NCBI GenBank assembly: GCA_017528315.1
Contig: JAFXOW010000003.1
Coordinates: 6,768 to 70,767 of the forward strand
DNA from: Bacilli bacterium
Lineage (GTDB): Bacteria > Bacillota_I > Bacilli_A > RF39 > UBA660
Length of the DNA stretch: 64,000 nucleotides
Direction of reading: 5' to 3'
Below are positions 8,626 to 18,129 of this stretch, one piece after another. The position numbers were made by a program, and so were the translations under genes. Position 1 is the stretch's first letter. Every line of letters begins with the position of its first letter. The notes under the pieces were generated by a model. The model had not been told where the DNA came from, did no database searches, and saw only the letters and a program-made list of their open reading frames with translations.

Positions 8626-9879
8626 TTAATAACTATTTAACCTTATCTTTCCTTGAATTATTTTTTTAGTAATATTTTTATGATTTTTTATTTCTTTTTT
8701 TACCAATTTATCTATTTCATTTTTTATTTCATCAGATATTTCTTTATTTAATTCCACACTTACATTCCAGGGGTCTTCAATACTATCTCCCATTTTAGAA
8801 GTACAAAATACAACATTTTCAATATTAAATTTATCATATATTTTTTTACTTATAATATCTCCAATAGCAGTAAAAAGTTTCCCTGTATGATAAACCGGAT
8901 TTTTTCCACAAGATGCTTCCATACTAAAGTTTCTACTGAATGGAATAACACCTCTTGAACGATTTCCACGTCCTACTGCTCCTTCATCACCACTTTCAAC
9001 CGCACTTCCTATTGCTGTAAGATATAAATCATTTTTTTCATAATTATCTCGTGTATTTAAGTAAATTGAAATTTCATTTTCTTTAAATTCTTTTTTTACC
9101 ACCTTTAGTATATCTTTTTTTATCATTTCCATTTTATTTTTATAATCTTCTAAGTCTTTAACATATACAGAAATAAGTGGTACACAACTTGTAATTTCAA
9201 TTTTTTCTTGTTTTCTCATTCCCATTACTTTAATATCATTTCCTACCCAAGGATATTTTATCTTATATTTTTCTGAATTTAAAGTTTGTTCAATAGATAG
9301 AACCACTCTTTCTAACTTACTCATGGGATAATAACTAACTGTAGTTGAAGTATCATTACATCTATTAAAATTATTATGTTTTAAAAGGTCTTCTTCGGAT
9401 ATTGCCTCAAAGAATTTTTTTCGTTCATTTTTAGTTGTATCATCAGTATCATAAACTACACCTGGTCCTTCATTATGATGTGTATTATCAACTATTATTA
9501 AATATTTATCCACATTCAAAAGTGGAAAAAGCTCTTTTAAATAACCCTTAATTGTACTTGATACAATAGACATATAATCTATTTTTTTATCTTTATATCT
9601 ATCAGTAAATCGCCCATTTACTAGTATACGTATTTGTGAAACCATCTCACCTTTTCCAAAATAAACTTTTGAACCACCACCCAAAATAGATAATTTGTCT
9701 ATCATATGTCGAAGTATTACTCCATAATTTTCAAGGCAATAATTAGAATAATTAGCTGATATTTTTTCAGCAAGAGTATCACAAATATTATCAGGATGCC
9801 CTTTTCCTTTTGTTTCTACAACTTCAAATAATAAATCATCAATATTTTCTTTTTTACTTGTATAAATAAATGTCTTCAT
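8626..9879 (-). CDS. Archaeal-type methionine adenosyltransferase (SAM synthetase)
   Basis: EVVETKGKGHPDNICD, NDTS, GNDIKVMG, GDEGAVGRGNR, SMEASCGKNPVYHTGK. Confidence 0.9.
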   Translation of the reverse strand: MKTFIYTSKKENIDDLLFEVVETKGKGHPDNICDTLAEKISANYSNYCLENYGVILRHMIDKLSILGGGSKVYFGKGEMVSQIRILVNGRFTDRYKDKKIDYMSIVSSTIKGYLKELFPLLNVDKYLIIVDNTHHNEGPGVVYDTDDTTKNERKKFFEAISEEDLLKHNNFNRCNDTSTTVSYYPMSKLERVVLSIEQTLNSEKYKIKYPWVGNDIKVMGMRKQEKIEITSCVPLISVYVKDLEDYKNKMEMIKKDILKVVKKEFKENEISIYLNTRDNYEKNDLYLTAIGSAVESGDEGAVGRGNRSRGVIPFSRNFSMEASCGKNPVYHTGKLFTAIGDIISKKIYDKFNIENVVFCTSKMGDSIEDPWNVSVELNKEISDEIKNEIDKLVKKEIKNHKNITKKIIQGKIRLNSY

Positions 9880-9923
9880 TTTTATATTCTCCTCATTTCT
9901 ATTTTAAAAAACTACCAATAATA

Positions 9924-9967
9924 TAAAAAGACAATAACAAAACAAAATTCGTTCAATTATTGCCCTT
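9924..9967 (-). terminator. Intrinsic terminator or attenuator overlapping the stop of the 39-aa sORF
   Basis: Minus strand AAGGGCAATAA...TTATTGTCTTT hairpin with a T-run, between the sORF and the MAT gene. Confidence 0.5.
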
Positions 9968-10072
9968 AGATATTAGTTCACTTAATAAAGCACAAGAAGT
10001 CATATGACTATAGTTTACAATATAGCCACAACTTATGTAACCATGTATGTTTTTCCTAATGTAACTTCTCAT
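9953..10072 (-). CDS. Unannotated 39-aa peptide MRSYIRKNIHGYISCGYIVNYSHMTSCALLSELISKGNN (leader peptide or RiPP precursor candidate)
   Basis: GAGGAGGAG RBS just upstream of the ATG at 10072, TGA at 9953-9955, sigma-A-like promoter upstream. Confidence 0.6.
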   Translation of the reverse strand: MRSYIRKNIHGYISCGYIVNYSHMTSCALLSELISKGNN

Positions 10073-10100
10073 AGACTCCTCCTCAAGTAAAATTAATTAT

Positions 10101-10128
10101 ATACTACCATATTTTTTCTAAATGTCAA
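10101..10128 (-). promoter_or_regulatory. Sigma-A-like promoter for the sORF-MAT operon
   Basis: TTGACA (10128-10123), 16-bp spacer, TG-n-TAGTAT (10106-10101). Confidence 0.5.
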
Positions 10129-10297
10129 TTCTTTTTTTTATAAAAATTCTTACTAATTTCTATTGTAATAAAGAAGAAAAAATGATAAAATCATATATCG
10201 AAATTCGAATGAATTAGATTTAAATAACAAATATAAACAATTATAAACAATTTAAATGTTTTAATCATAATAAAACGGTTTTTATGGAGGTTTCACA

Positions 10298-11185
10298 ATG
10301 AAAGAATTTACTGGAAACAAAGTAATAATAATGTGTTGTTCTAATTGCAATTTATCTTGTAAGCATTGTTATATAAGTTATAAAGGTAATTTCGAACCAA
10401 ATAAATTACTAAAAATTGTTAAACAATTAAAAGAAAAGTATATAATATCTCTAAATGGCGCCGAAGTATTAACAAATTTGGAATATTTAAAATCTTATCA
10501 AGAAATTGGACAAAAATATATATTATCAAACGGATTGTTAATTTATCAAAATCCACAGATTATCGAAAAACTAATCAACTATGGATTAAAGTCTGTTTCA
10601 ATATCTTATCATTTTGGAATTCATGATAAAATTTCATTAATTCCATCAAAAATTTTAGAAAATGTATTTCAATTATTAAAAAGTAATGAATTTAATTTCA
10701 GATTAATGACTACTATTACTTCACAAAATTATAATATGATTGAAGAGATATGTAAAAAATCTTTAGATTTAGGTGCTAAAGGAATATATTTTACTAATTT
10801 TATTTTACAAGGAAATGCATTAAATATTATTGATAAAAATTTAATATTAAACGAAAATCAAATTAGAATTTTTTTTGAACAACTAATTAAATGTAGGGAA
10901 CAGTATGATATTAATCAACTTTTAATTGAGAGAGATGCCGGGTTTGGAAAGAATCCAATTTCAAGTCATGATAATTTTAAATGTCCAAGTATAAATAATC
11001 AAGTTATATTAACGCCAGATAATAATATATATCCATGCATTTTTCTTGCAAAAAAAGGATATGAAATTGGAAAATATATAGATGGTAAAATTTTTATTAA
11101 TGATGAATATTACAATATAAATAACGGCAATATTTGTTATGCTAAAGAAATATGTAACAAAGGAAAAAAATTGATTAAAAAATAA
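10298..11185 (+). CDS. Radical SAM protein with C-terminal SPASM/Twitch-like Cys motif
   Basis: CNLSCKHC (CxxxCxxC); C-terminal CPSINNQVILTPDNNIYPC and further Cys; GGAGG RBS. Confidence 0.88.
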   Translation: MKEFTGNKVIIMCCSNCNLSCKHCYISYKGNFEPNKLLKIVKQLKEKYIISLNGAEVLTNLEYLKSYQEIGQKYILSNGLLIYQNPQIIEKLINYGLKSVSISYHFGIHDKISLIPSKILENVFQLLKSNEFNFRLMTTITSQNYNMIEEICKKSLDLGAKGIYFTNFILQGNALNIIDKNLILNENQIRIFFEQLIKCREQYDINQLLIERDAGFGKNPISSHDNFKCPSINNQVILTPDNNIYPCIFLAKKGYEIGKYIDGKIFINDEYYNINNGNICYAKEICNKGKKLIKK

Positions 11186-11247
11186 ACTTGAATAATATTT
11201 TTAATAAAATTAAATTATTAGTTTAAAATACTTTTAAGGAGGCATTT

Positions 11248-13203
11248 ATGTTTGATTTAGTATCCAAATTTGAACCAAATGGAGATCAACCACAAGCAAT
11301 TAAAGAATTAGTTGAAGGTGTTAATAATGGTAAAAAGCACCAAGTATTACTTGGAGCAACTGGAACAGGTAAAACATTTACGATTGCAAACGTTATACAA
11401 AAAACAGGTAGACAAACACTTGTTCTTGCTCACAATAAAACTCTTGCTGGACAACTTTATTCTGAGTTAAAAGAGTTGTTTCCAAATAATCATGTTGAAT
11501 ATTTTGTATCTTACTACGATTATTATCAACCAGAAGCCTATGTACCATCAAGTGATACTTATATTGAAAAAGATGCTCAAATAAATGATGAAATAGATGA
11601 ATTACGTCATTCAGCAACAAGTTCCCTACTTTCTTATGATGATGTTATAGTAGTTGCATCTGTTTCTTGTATCTATGGTATTGGAGAAGTCGAAGAATAT
11701 CGTAATAAAACCTTAACTTTAAAAGTTGGTGATACCATTGAACGTAATAAAGTAATGCATAAACTTGTTGATATGTTATATGAAAGAAATGAACTTGATT
11801 TTAAAAGAGGAACTTTTAGAGTTAGAGGAGATAATTTAGAAATAATTCCTTCATCAGAACATTCTCATGGACTTCGTATTGAATTTTTTGGAGATGAAAT
11901 AGATAAAATAAGCGAAATAGATGTTCTAACAGGTACTATTTTAAATAATAAAAAAAGCGTTACTTTATTCCCAGCCAGTCACTTTGTAACTAATGATGAA
12001 ACACTAAAACTTGCTGTTAACAACATTAAAGAAGAGTTAGATGAAAGAATCAAATATTTTATGGATAATAATAAACCACTTGAAGCTGAACGTATAAGAG
12101 AACGTACCAACTATGATATGGAAATGCTTCTTGAAACCGGTTTTTGTCATGGCATTGAAAATTATTCACGACATATTGCTCTTAAAGGTCCAGGTGAAAC
12201 ACCTACCTGTTTACTTGATTTCTTCAAAAAAGATTATTTAATGGTCATAGACGAAAGTCATGTAACTGTTCCTCAAATACGAGGCATGTACAATGGAGAT
12301 AGAGCTCGTAAAATGAATCTTGTAGACTATGGATTTAGACTACCTAGTGCCCTTGATAATAGACCTTTAAAATTTCAGGAATTTGAATCCAAAGTTAATC
12401 AAGTAATTTATGTATCTGCAACTCCAGGTGAATATGAACTTAATTTAACTAATAATCAATTTATTGAACAAATTATCAGACCAACTGGACTATTAGATCC
12501 TACTATCGAAATTCGTAAATCTTCGGGCCAAATAGAAGATTTAGTTGGAGAAATAAATGATCGAATCAAAAAAAATGAAAGAGTTTTAGTCACAACTTTA
12601 ACAATTAGAATGGCTGAAGAATTGACTAATTATTTAAAACAATTAGATATTAATGTTGCTTATCTTCACTCAGAAATTAAAACTCTTGAACGTATGAAAA
12701 TAATAAGAGATTTAAGAATTGGAACTTATGATGTATTAGTTGGAATAAATCTACTTAGAGAAGGATTAGATATTCCTGAAGTTAGTCTAATTGCTATAAT
12801 CGATGCTGATAAAGAAGGATTTTTAAGAAGTAGTAGAAGTTTAATTCAAACCATTGGAAGATGTGCAAGAAACGAACATGGACATGTTATTTTATATGCT
12901 GATAATATAACTGATTCTATGGAATACGCGATAAATGAAACTAAAAGACGAAGAAATATTCAAGAAGAATATAACAAAATACATGGTATTATTCCAAAAA
13001 CGATTCAAAAAGAAATACGTGATCTTATTTCTAATGCTGATGAACGAGAAGAAAGACGCGAAAAACAAAAACTAAGTAAAAAAGATAAGATGAATATGAT
13101 TGCCAGAATAGAAGAAGAAATGAAAGAAGCTGCTAAAAACCTTGACTTTGAACGAGCTATGGAACTAAGAGATGTATTATTTGAGATGAAAAGCGAATTA
13201 TGA
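11248..13203 (+). CDS. uvrB: Excinuclease ABC subunit B
   Basis: [42 protein letters not shown]-terminal UVR domain. Confidence 0.98.
   Translation: MFDLVSKFEPNGDQPQAIKELVEGVNNGKKHQVLLGATGTGKTFTIANVIQKTGRQTLVLAHNKTLAGQLYSELKELFPNNHVEYFVSYYDYYQPEAYVPSSDTYIEKDAQINDEIDELRHSATSSLLSYDDVIVVASVSCIYGIGEVEEYRNKTLTLKVGDTIERNKVMHKLVDMLYERNELDFKRGTFRVRGDNLEIIPSSEHSHGLRIEFFGDEIDKISEIDVLTGTILNNKKSVTLFPASHFVTNDETLKLAVNNIKEELDERIKYFMDNNKPLEAERIRERTNYDMEMLLETGFCHGIENYSRHIALKGPGETPTCLLDFFKKDYLMVIDESHVTVPQIRGMYNGDRARKMNLVDYGFRLPSALDNRPLKFQEFESKVNQVIYVSATPGEYELNLTNNQFIEQIIRPTGLLDPTIEIRKSSGQIEDLVGEINDRIKKNERVLVTTLTIRMAEELTNYLKQLDINVAYLHSEIKTLERMKIIRDLRIGTYDVLVGINLLREGLDIPEVSLIAIIDADKEGFLRSSRSLIQTIGRCARNEHGHVILYADNITDSMEYAINETKRRRNIQEEYNKIHGIIPKTIQKEIRDLISNADEREERREKQKLSKKDKMNMIARIEEEMKEAAKNLDFERAMELRDVLFEMKSEL
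11482..11513 (+). repeat. attR-like core: 32-bp direct repeat, copy 2
   Basis: Identical to 4621-4652; lies just before the [10 protein letters not shown] motif codons of uvrB. Confidence 0.85.
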
Positions 13204-14045
13204 GATTTAAAAAAATTTATATAGAAATTACTAATATATGTAATTTAAATTGTTCATTTTGTTCAACAGATAATCGAAAATTAAAAGAAATGACACCTAA
13301 TGAATTTGAAATAATAATTAATAAAATTAAAAATTATACTAATAACATCTACTTACATATTAAGGGTGAACCTCTTCTTCATAGCAATTTAGAAAAAATA
13401 TTAGAAATTGCTAAAAATAATCATATAAATATAAGAATCACTACTAATGGAACTCTATTAAAAGAGAAAATAAATATTTTAAAAAACTTTGATAATATTA
13501 AACAAATAAACATTTCTCTTCATTCAGAAAATAATAAACCAAATTATTTTGAAGATATTTTTCTTGCTAGTGATATTTTATCCACCAAAATTCCTATAGT
13601 TTATCGTATTTGGACATTAAAAAATAATTTTTTAGATAATTTATCCACAACAATCGTGGATATAATTATAAATTTTTATAATCTTGACGATTGTTTTATA
13701 AATAAAGTTATAAAATATAATAATATAAAAATTAAAGAAAATATTTATTTAGATAAAGATAATAAGTTTATTTGGCCAAATAAAGCTAACAATAATATTA
13801 AAAAGAATAATCAAGGAACTTGTCTTGGAACCAGAAATCACATTGGGATACTAGTAAATGGTGATGTTGTACCTTGTTGCCTTGATTCAAAAGGACTTTT
13901 AAAACTTGGTAATATTTTTGATGAATCTATTGATGATATAATAAATAATTTTCTATTCAAAGAAATAAATGAAGGATTTAAAAATCATAAAATATCTAAT
14001 AACATATGTTGTAATTGTACATATAGAATTAACAAATTTAAATAA
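13200..14045 (+). CDS. Radical SAM/SPASM domain protein, translationally coupled to uvrB
   Basis: [27 protein letters not shown]...[17 protein letters not shown] overlap with uvrB. Confidence 0.9.
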   Translation: MRFKKIYIEITNICNLNCSFCSTDNRKLKEMTPNEFEIIINKIKNYTNNIYLHIKGEPLLHSNLEKILEIAKNNHINIRITTNGTLLKEKINILKNFDNIKQINISLHSENNKPNYFEDIFLASDILSTKIPIVYRIWTLKNNFLDNLSTTIVDIIINFYNLDDCFINKVIKYNNIKIKENIYLDKDNKFIWPNKANNNIKKNNQGTCLGTRNHIGILVNGDVVPCCLDSKGLLKLGNIFDESIDDIINNFLFKEINEGFKNHKISNNICCNCTYRINKFK

Positions 14046-14098
14046 TTGTAATTTATATTTAATAGTGATATAATTAAGTAATAATAGAGGAGTTATAA

Positions 14099-15826
14099 AT
14101 GAATAAAATATTAAATTCAAAAATATTTTGGATAACATTATCAACTATATTAATTATTTTAATAATATTAGTATTAGTAATTTATAAAGAAAATAATAAT
14201 AGTAATAATAAGACAAATATAAATAATTTTATTAATGATTTTAATAGTATAAAAATAACCGATGATGAAGATAATAATACAAAAACATTATTAAAAACTT
14301 TTAAATTAAATGGTAATAAAAAAGTCACTTTAACTGAAGGTGACGAATATATAGAAAGTGGATATGTAGCACTAGATAGTAATAATAATGATATATCAAA
14401 TTTAGTTAAAATAGATAAAAATTTAGATACCAAAAAACCTGGAACTTATACAATTAGATATATATTAACAGAATATGATCAAGAATTAATAAGAGAAGTT
14501 GAAGTTGTAAAAAAATCAATTCCCAACATTACTTTAATCGGAGATGAAGTAATATACTTAATTTTGCATCAAGAATATAATGAATTAGGAGTTAAGGCAA
14601 CTTTAAATAAAATGGATGTTAGTGAATATGTAGATATAAATGGAAATATTGACACAAATCAAACCGGAACATATACAATTGAATATTCATATCAAGATGT
14701 TAAAGTAACAAGAAAAGTAATAGTATTTGATTTAGATAGTTTATTTAATATTACTAATGAAAAAAATAAAACTACTATAAATATTAATTTAAATGATAAT
14801 ATTTTATATATTAAAATGCCTGATAATAGTTTAAATTCCAATAAAATAATAAGTTATAATATAAATAAAAATGGTACATATAGTTTTTATGTTTATACTT
14901 TGGATAACCAAGAATTTAAAGAAGTAATTGATGTTAATACAATAGAAGAAATTATAAATGTTCAAAGTATAAAAATAAATGAAGCTGATTTGTCTCTTAC
15001 AGTTGGAGAAACAAAATCTCTTACAACTACTATTAAGCCACAAAATGCAACCAATCAAAATGTAACATGGTCTACAAGTGATAACAACATTGCTACAGTT
15101 GTAAATGGAGTAGTAACGGCTAAGAAAGCTGGAAATGTTACTATAACAGTTAAAACTGCAGATGGTTCATACCAATCAACCTGCAAAGTAACCGTAAAAA
15201 ACAAGCAAAATGAACTTAACTATAATTCCAAATTTAACCAAACTTATACTTATAAATCAAGCAATAAAAATGTTTACCAAAAAGAAGCTAATAATAAAAC
15301 TTATATAATAGTTAAAGCTGATATTGCAAATGTACTTAGTAAAATTGGAAAACAGGAAAAAGATCAATGTCGTGATTATGCTGCTAAATATGTAAATCAA
15401 ATTTTTAAAAGTGCCAATGTTTCACATACTTCGTCTAGTAGTAGACTTCGCACAAGTAATAAACAAACATTTTTATGGATAATGGCTCAAGAATTACTTC
15501 AAGGAAGACCAACAATTATACGAGTGACAGGTAGTAAAAAATCTGGTAATAAATATAATAGACATTATGTTACAGTTGTAGGAATTTTAAATACTGCTAA
15601 TTTAAATAAATTAAATGAAAGTGATTTTTTAATTATTGACCCTCTTGGTTATATTAGAAGACTTGGAACTGGTGCTAAAGGTGATGGAACCACTACTAGT
15701 GGTAGATATTTATTAGACGGTAAAGATAAAAGTGGAACATCTGATAGAAGCGGATACCAAATATATGTTTGGACTGATCAAAATACTTACTTAAAAATTA
15801 AAAATGTTAAAGAAGACCCTAAATAA
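14099..15826 (+). CDS. Membrane-anchored surface protein: 2x DUF5011 Ig-like, Big_2 and C39-like (papain-fold) peptidase domain
   Basis: N-terminal TM; L.G...Y.E.G..A.D...D.S..V....DT...GTYTI.Y repeats; Big_2; QC, HYVTVVG and IIDP triad-like motifs. Confidence 0.7.
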   Translation: MNKILNSKIFWITLSTILIILIILVLVIYKENNNSNNKTNINNFINDFNSIKITDDEDNNTKTLLKTFKLNGNKKVTLTEGDEYIESGYVALDSNNNDISNLVKIDKNLDTKKPGTYTIRYILTEYDQELIREVEVVKKSIPNITLIGDEVIYLILHQEYNELGVKATLNKMDVSEYVDINGNIDTNQTGTYTIEYSYQDVKVTRKVIVFDLDSLFNITNEKNKTTININLNDNILYIKMPDNSLNSNKIISYNINKNGTYSFYVYTLDNQEFKEVIDVNTIEEIINVQSIKINEADLSLTVGETKSLTTTIKPQNATNQNVTWSTSDNNIATVVNGVVTAKKAGNVTITVKTADGSYQSTCKVTVKNKQNELNYNSKFNQTYTYKSSNKNVYQKEANNKTYIIVKADIANVLSKIGKQEKDQCRDYAAKYVNQIFKSANVSHTSSSSRLRTSNKQTFLWIMAQELLQGRPTIIRVTGSKKSGNKYNRHYVTVVGILNTANLNKLNESDFLIIDPLGYIRRLGTGAKGDGTTTSGRYLLDGKDKSGTSDRSGYQIYVWTDQNTYLKIKNVKEDPK

Positions 15827-15894
15827 TTAGAAATTTATGGAATTGTAATTTATATTTTAATGTGTTATAATTAGAACAAAAAGGAGGAATTAAT

Positions 15895-16242
15895 ATGGCA
15901 AAATATTGTACTAATTGTGGTGCTGAATTAAAAAATGAAGCTGATATTTGTTTAAAATGTGGAAAAATCGTAAATGAAAACATAAAAAAATCTAATATAA
16001 ATGTAGACCCAAACGCTAAGAGTAAATTGGCTGCTGGTTTATTTGGAATTTTTTTAGGTTGTTTTGGAGTACATAATTTTTATTTAGGTTATACAGGTAA
16101 AGCTGTTGCTCAGCTTTTAATTACCGTACTATCTTGTTTTTTCTTATCACCAATATCTGCTATTTGGGGATTAATAGAAGGAATATTAATTTTAGCCGGA
16201 AGCATTGATACAGATGCAGAAGGTCACAAACTTACTGATTAA
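15895..16242 (+). CDS. Zinc-ribbon plus TM2 domain protein
   Basis: CTNCG...CLKCG; KSKLAAGLFGIFLG.FGVHNFYLG. Confidence 0.88.
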   Translation: MAKYCTNCGAELKNEADICLKCGKIVNENIKKSNINVDPNAKSKLAAGLFGIFLGCFGVHNFYLGYTGKAVAQLLITVLSCFFLSPISAIWGLIEGILILAGSIDTDAEGHKLTD

Positions 16243-16245
16243 TTT

Positions 16246-16271
16246 AAAAAGAATCATATATGATTCTTTTT
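16246..16271. terminator. Bidirectional intrinsic terminator
   Basis: aaaaagaatca-tata-tgattcttttt between convergent genes. Confidence 0.7.
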
Positions 16272-17060
16272 TTATTCTAATAAAACATCTAATAACATCA
16301 TAATAACAAAACCTACTAAAGTAAACATTGACATTAAATCTTTACTTTCATTGGTTTGACTTTCAGGAATCAATTCTTCTACAACTACATATATCATAGC
16401 ACCAGCTGCAAAAGCAAGTAAAAATGGTAAAATTAATCTTATTTTTAAAACTAAAATAGCACCTATTACACCAGCAATTGGTTCAACAATTCCACTTAAT
16501 TGACCATAAAAAAATGCTTTTCTTCTTGAAAATCCTTCTCTTCTTAGAGGAACACTAACCGCTGTACCTTCAGGAAAATTTTGAATACCTATACCAATTG
16601 CTAAAGTCCAAGCTGAAATTATTGAAGCTCCATCCAAACCATATAAAGTTGAACCAAAAGCAACTCCCACAGCTAAACCTTCGGGTATATTATGAAGAGT
16701 AATAGAAGTTATTAACATTAATACTCTTTTACTAGTAGAAAGTCCTCCTTTATTTTGCAGTTTAGAAGTTACTTTATCACCTATAAATAAAAGTAATCCC
16801 CCTGATAAAAAACCTAAACTAACTACTAATATAATATTCATATTTAAACTTTTAGCCATATTAATTGATGGTGATAATAAAGACCAAAAAGAGGCTGCAA
16901 TCATAACTCCTGCAGATATTCCAAGCATTGAATCTAAAACATTCTTATTAACTTTTTTAAACATAAATACTAAAGCTGCTCCAATTGCAGTAACACTCCA
17001 AGTAAAAATAGTTGCAAGTATTGCCTGAATAATAGGATTTAAATTATAAAGAAAAGACAT
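16272..17060 (-). CDS. ZIP family (ZupT/GufA-like) metal transporter
   Basis: ITLHNIPEGLAVG, IQNFPEG, AAGAMIYVVVEELIPE. Confidence 0.93.
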   Translation of the reverse strand: MSFLYNLNPIIQAILATIFTWSVTAIGAALVFMFKKVNKNVLDSMLGISAGVMIAASFWSLLSPSINMAKSLNMNIILVVSLGFLSGGLLLFIGDKVTSKLQNKGGLSTSKRVLMLITSITLHNIPEGLAVGVAFGSTLYGLDGASIISAWTLAIGIGIQNFPEGTAVSVPLRREGFSRRKAFFYGQLSGIVEPIAGVIGAILVLKIRLILPFLLAFAAGAMIYVVVEELIPESQTNESKDLMSMFTLVGFVIMMLLDVLLE

Positions 17061-17119
17061 ATTTCACCTCATACTACAAATAGTATATGAAATAGTCTTA
17101 AACAATTATAGGCAAATAC

Positions 17120-18055
17120 CTATTCTTTAATTGGCAATCCATTTGCATAAGATAAATTACCAAAAAATTTTTCTAAATCAAGTGGTTTATCATTATAAAT
17201 ATAATCATATAATATTTCAATCATATGAGTTCCTTTTACAATAACTTCTTTATATAAATCTATAAAACTTTTAGTATAAATTACATCTTTTTTTCTAACA
17301 TTAAACCATATATCATGATTTAGATTTAAAAAATAATTATTATCTTTTTCATTTAAATTAAAATGATATGAAAAGAATCTAATATCTCTATATAAAAAAG
17401 GTAAAAAGAAGTATAAAATACTATAAAATATTCTTTTTATTTTATAAGGATCATATCTTATTATATTAAATAAAAATCTCATATTTCGTAAACTCTTAAA
17501 ATATATTTTACCCATATTTTTCTCATTAAATATTTCTAAAAAACATTTATCAAGCATATTTTCTATGTTTTTATTTTTCCTAGTTTTTAATATATCATAA
17601 CCTTTAAAAGTCTTATAATATTCCCCTTTTAAATTTAAAATATAATTATCAATATAAGCTTCAGTTAAAAAGTGATAATCTTTCTTTTTATTAGTTTTTA
17701 ATCTCATATCGTATTCTTTATAATTCACAAAAGGATGACAGATTGAATCACCGACATAATGAGTAACAAGTCCAGAAAGCCAAATAAATTTATCAATTTT
17801 TTTATCTTTTTTAACTTCCTTAACTAAACTAATAAAAAACTTATTTACTTTTTGTCTATGAACAACACCTGCCAATCTTTTTATATAAAAACATTTTATA
17901 AATGGTGGAATAATAGGATAAAAGTATAAAATATCTGCTCCTTGAGAATAAGTTAAATATTCTCCTAATCTAGGTTTAAATTTTTCTTTTAAATTATCAT
18001 TTAAATTATTAAAAATATCATGAGCCATATAGGCATGCGTCATTGTTGAAGGCAT
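17120..18055 (-). CDS. Zinc-dependent phospholipase C family protein
   Basis: MPSTMTH N-terminus, QGAD, H, THYVGDSICHPFV, H...E...D. Confidence 0.8.
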   Translation of the reverse strand: MPSTMTHAYMAHDIFNNLNDNLKEKFKPRLGEYLTYSQGADILYFYPIIPPFIKCFYIKRLAGVVHRQKVNKFFISLVKEVKKDKKIDKFIWLSGLVTHYVGDSICHPFVNYKEYDMRLKTNKKKDYHFLTEAYIDNYILNLKGEYYKTFKGYDILKTRKNKNIENMLDKCFLEIFNEKNMGKIYFKSLRNMRFLFNIIRYDPYKIKRIFYSILYFFLPFLYRDIRFFSYHFNLNEKDNNYFLNLNHDIWFNVRKKDVIYTKSFIDLYKEVIVKGTHMIEILYDYIYNDKPLDLEKFFGNLSYANGLPIKE

Positions 18056-18129
18056 TTTTTTCCCCTTTCTAAAAGAAGATAAACTAGTTATCTTCTATAT
18101 GAACTTTATTATTTAATATTTAATTAATT

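Larger units (their letters stand above)
4621..11513. mobile_element. Integrase-less genomic island (~6.9 kb) inserted in uvrB, carrying a replacement uvrB 5' end
   Basis: Flanking 32-bp direct repeat inside uvrB, duplicated and diverged uvrB 5' end, non-housekeeping cargo, structured repeats inside the left end. Confidence 0.8.

Noticed and set aside
5593..9879. Selenocysteine or pyrrolysine machinery as an explanation for the extra SerRS
   Set aside because: No selA, selB, selD, tRNA-Sec or pyl genes in the island, and no in-frame TGA or TAG in the neighbouring genes.
10196..10262. Short palindrome (tcgaaattcga) and taaacaatt direct repeats upstream of the island radical SAM
   Set aside because: Possibly an operator, but too short and AT-rich to support, and the island has no regulator gene.
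13578..13664. DnaA-box-like 9-mers (TTATCCACC at 13578, TTATCCACA at 13641, an inverted near-match at ~13656; another at 9506)
   Set aside because: They lie inside coding sequence, and about one perfect match is expected by chance in 64 kb at this AT content. There is no dnaA or intergenic box cluster.
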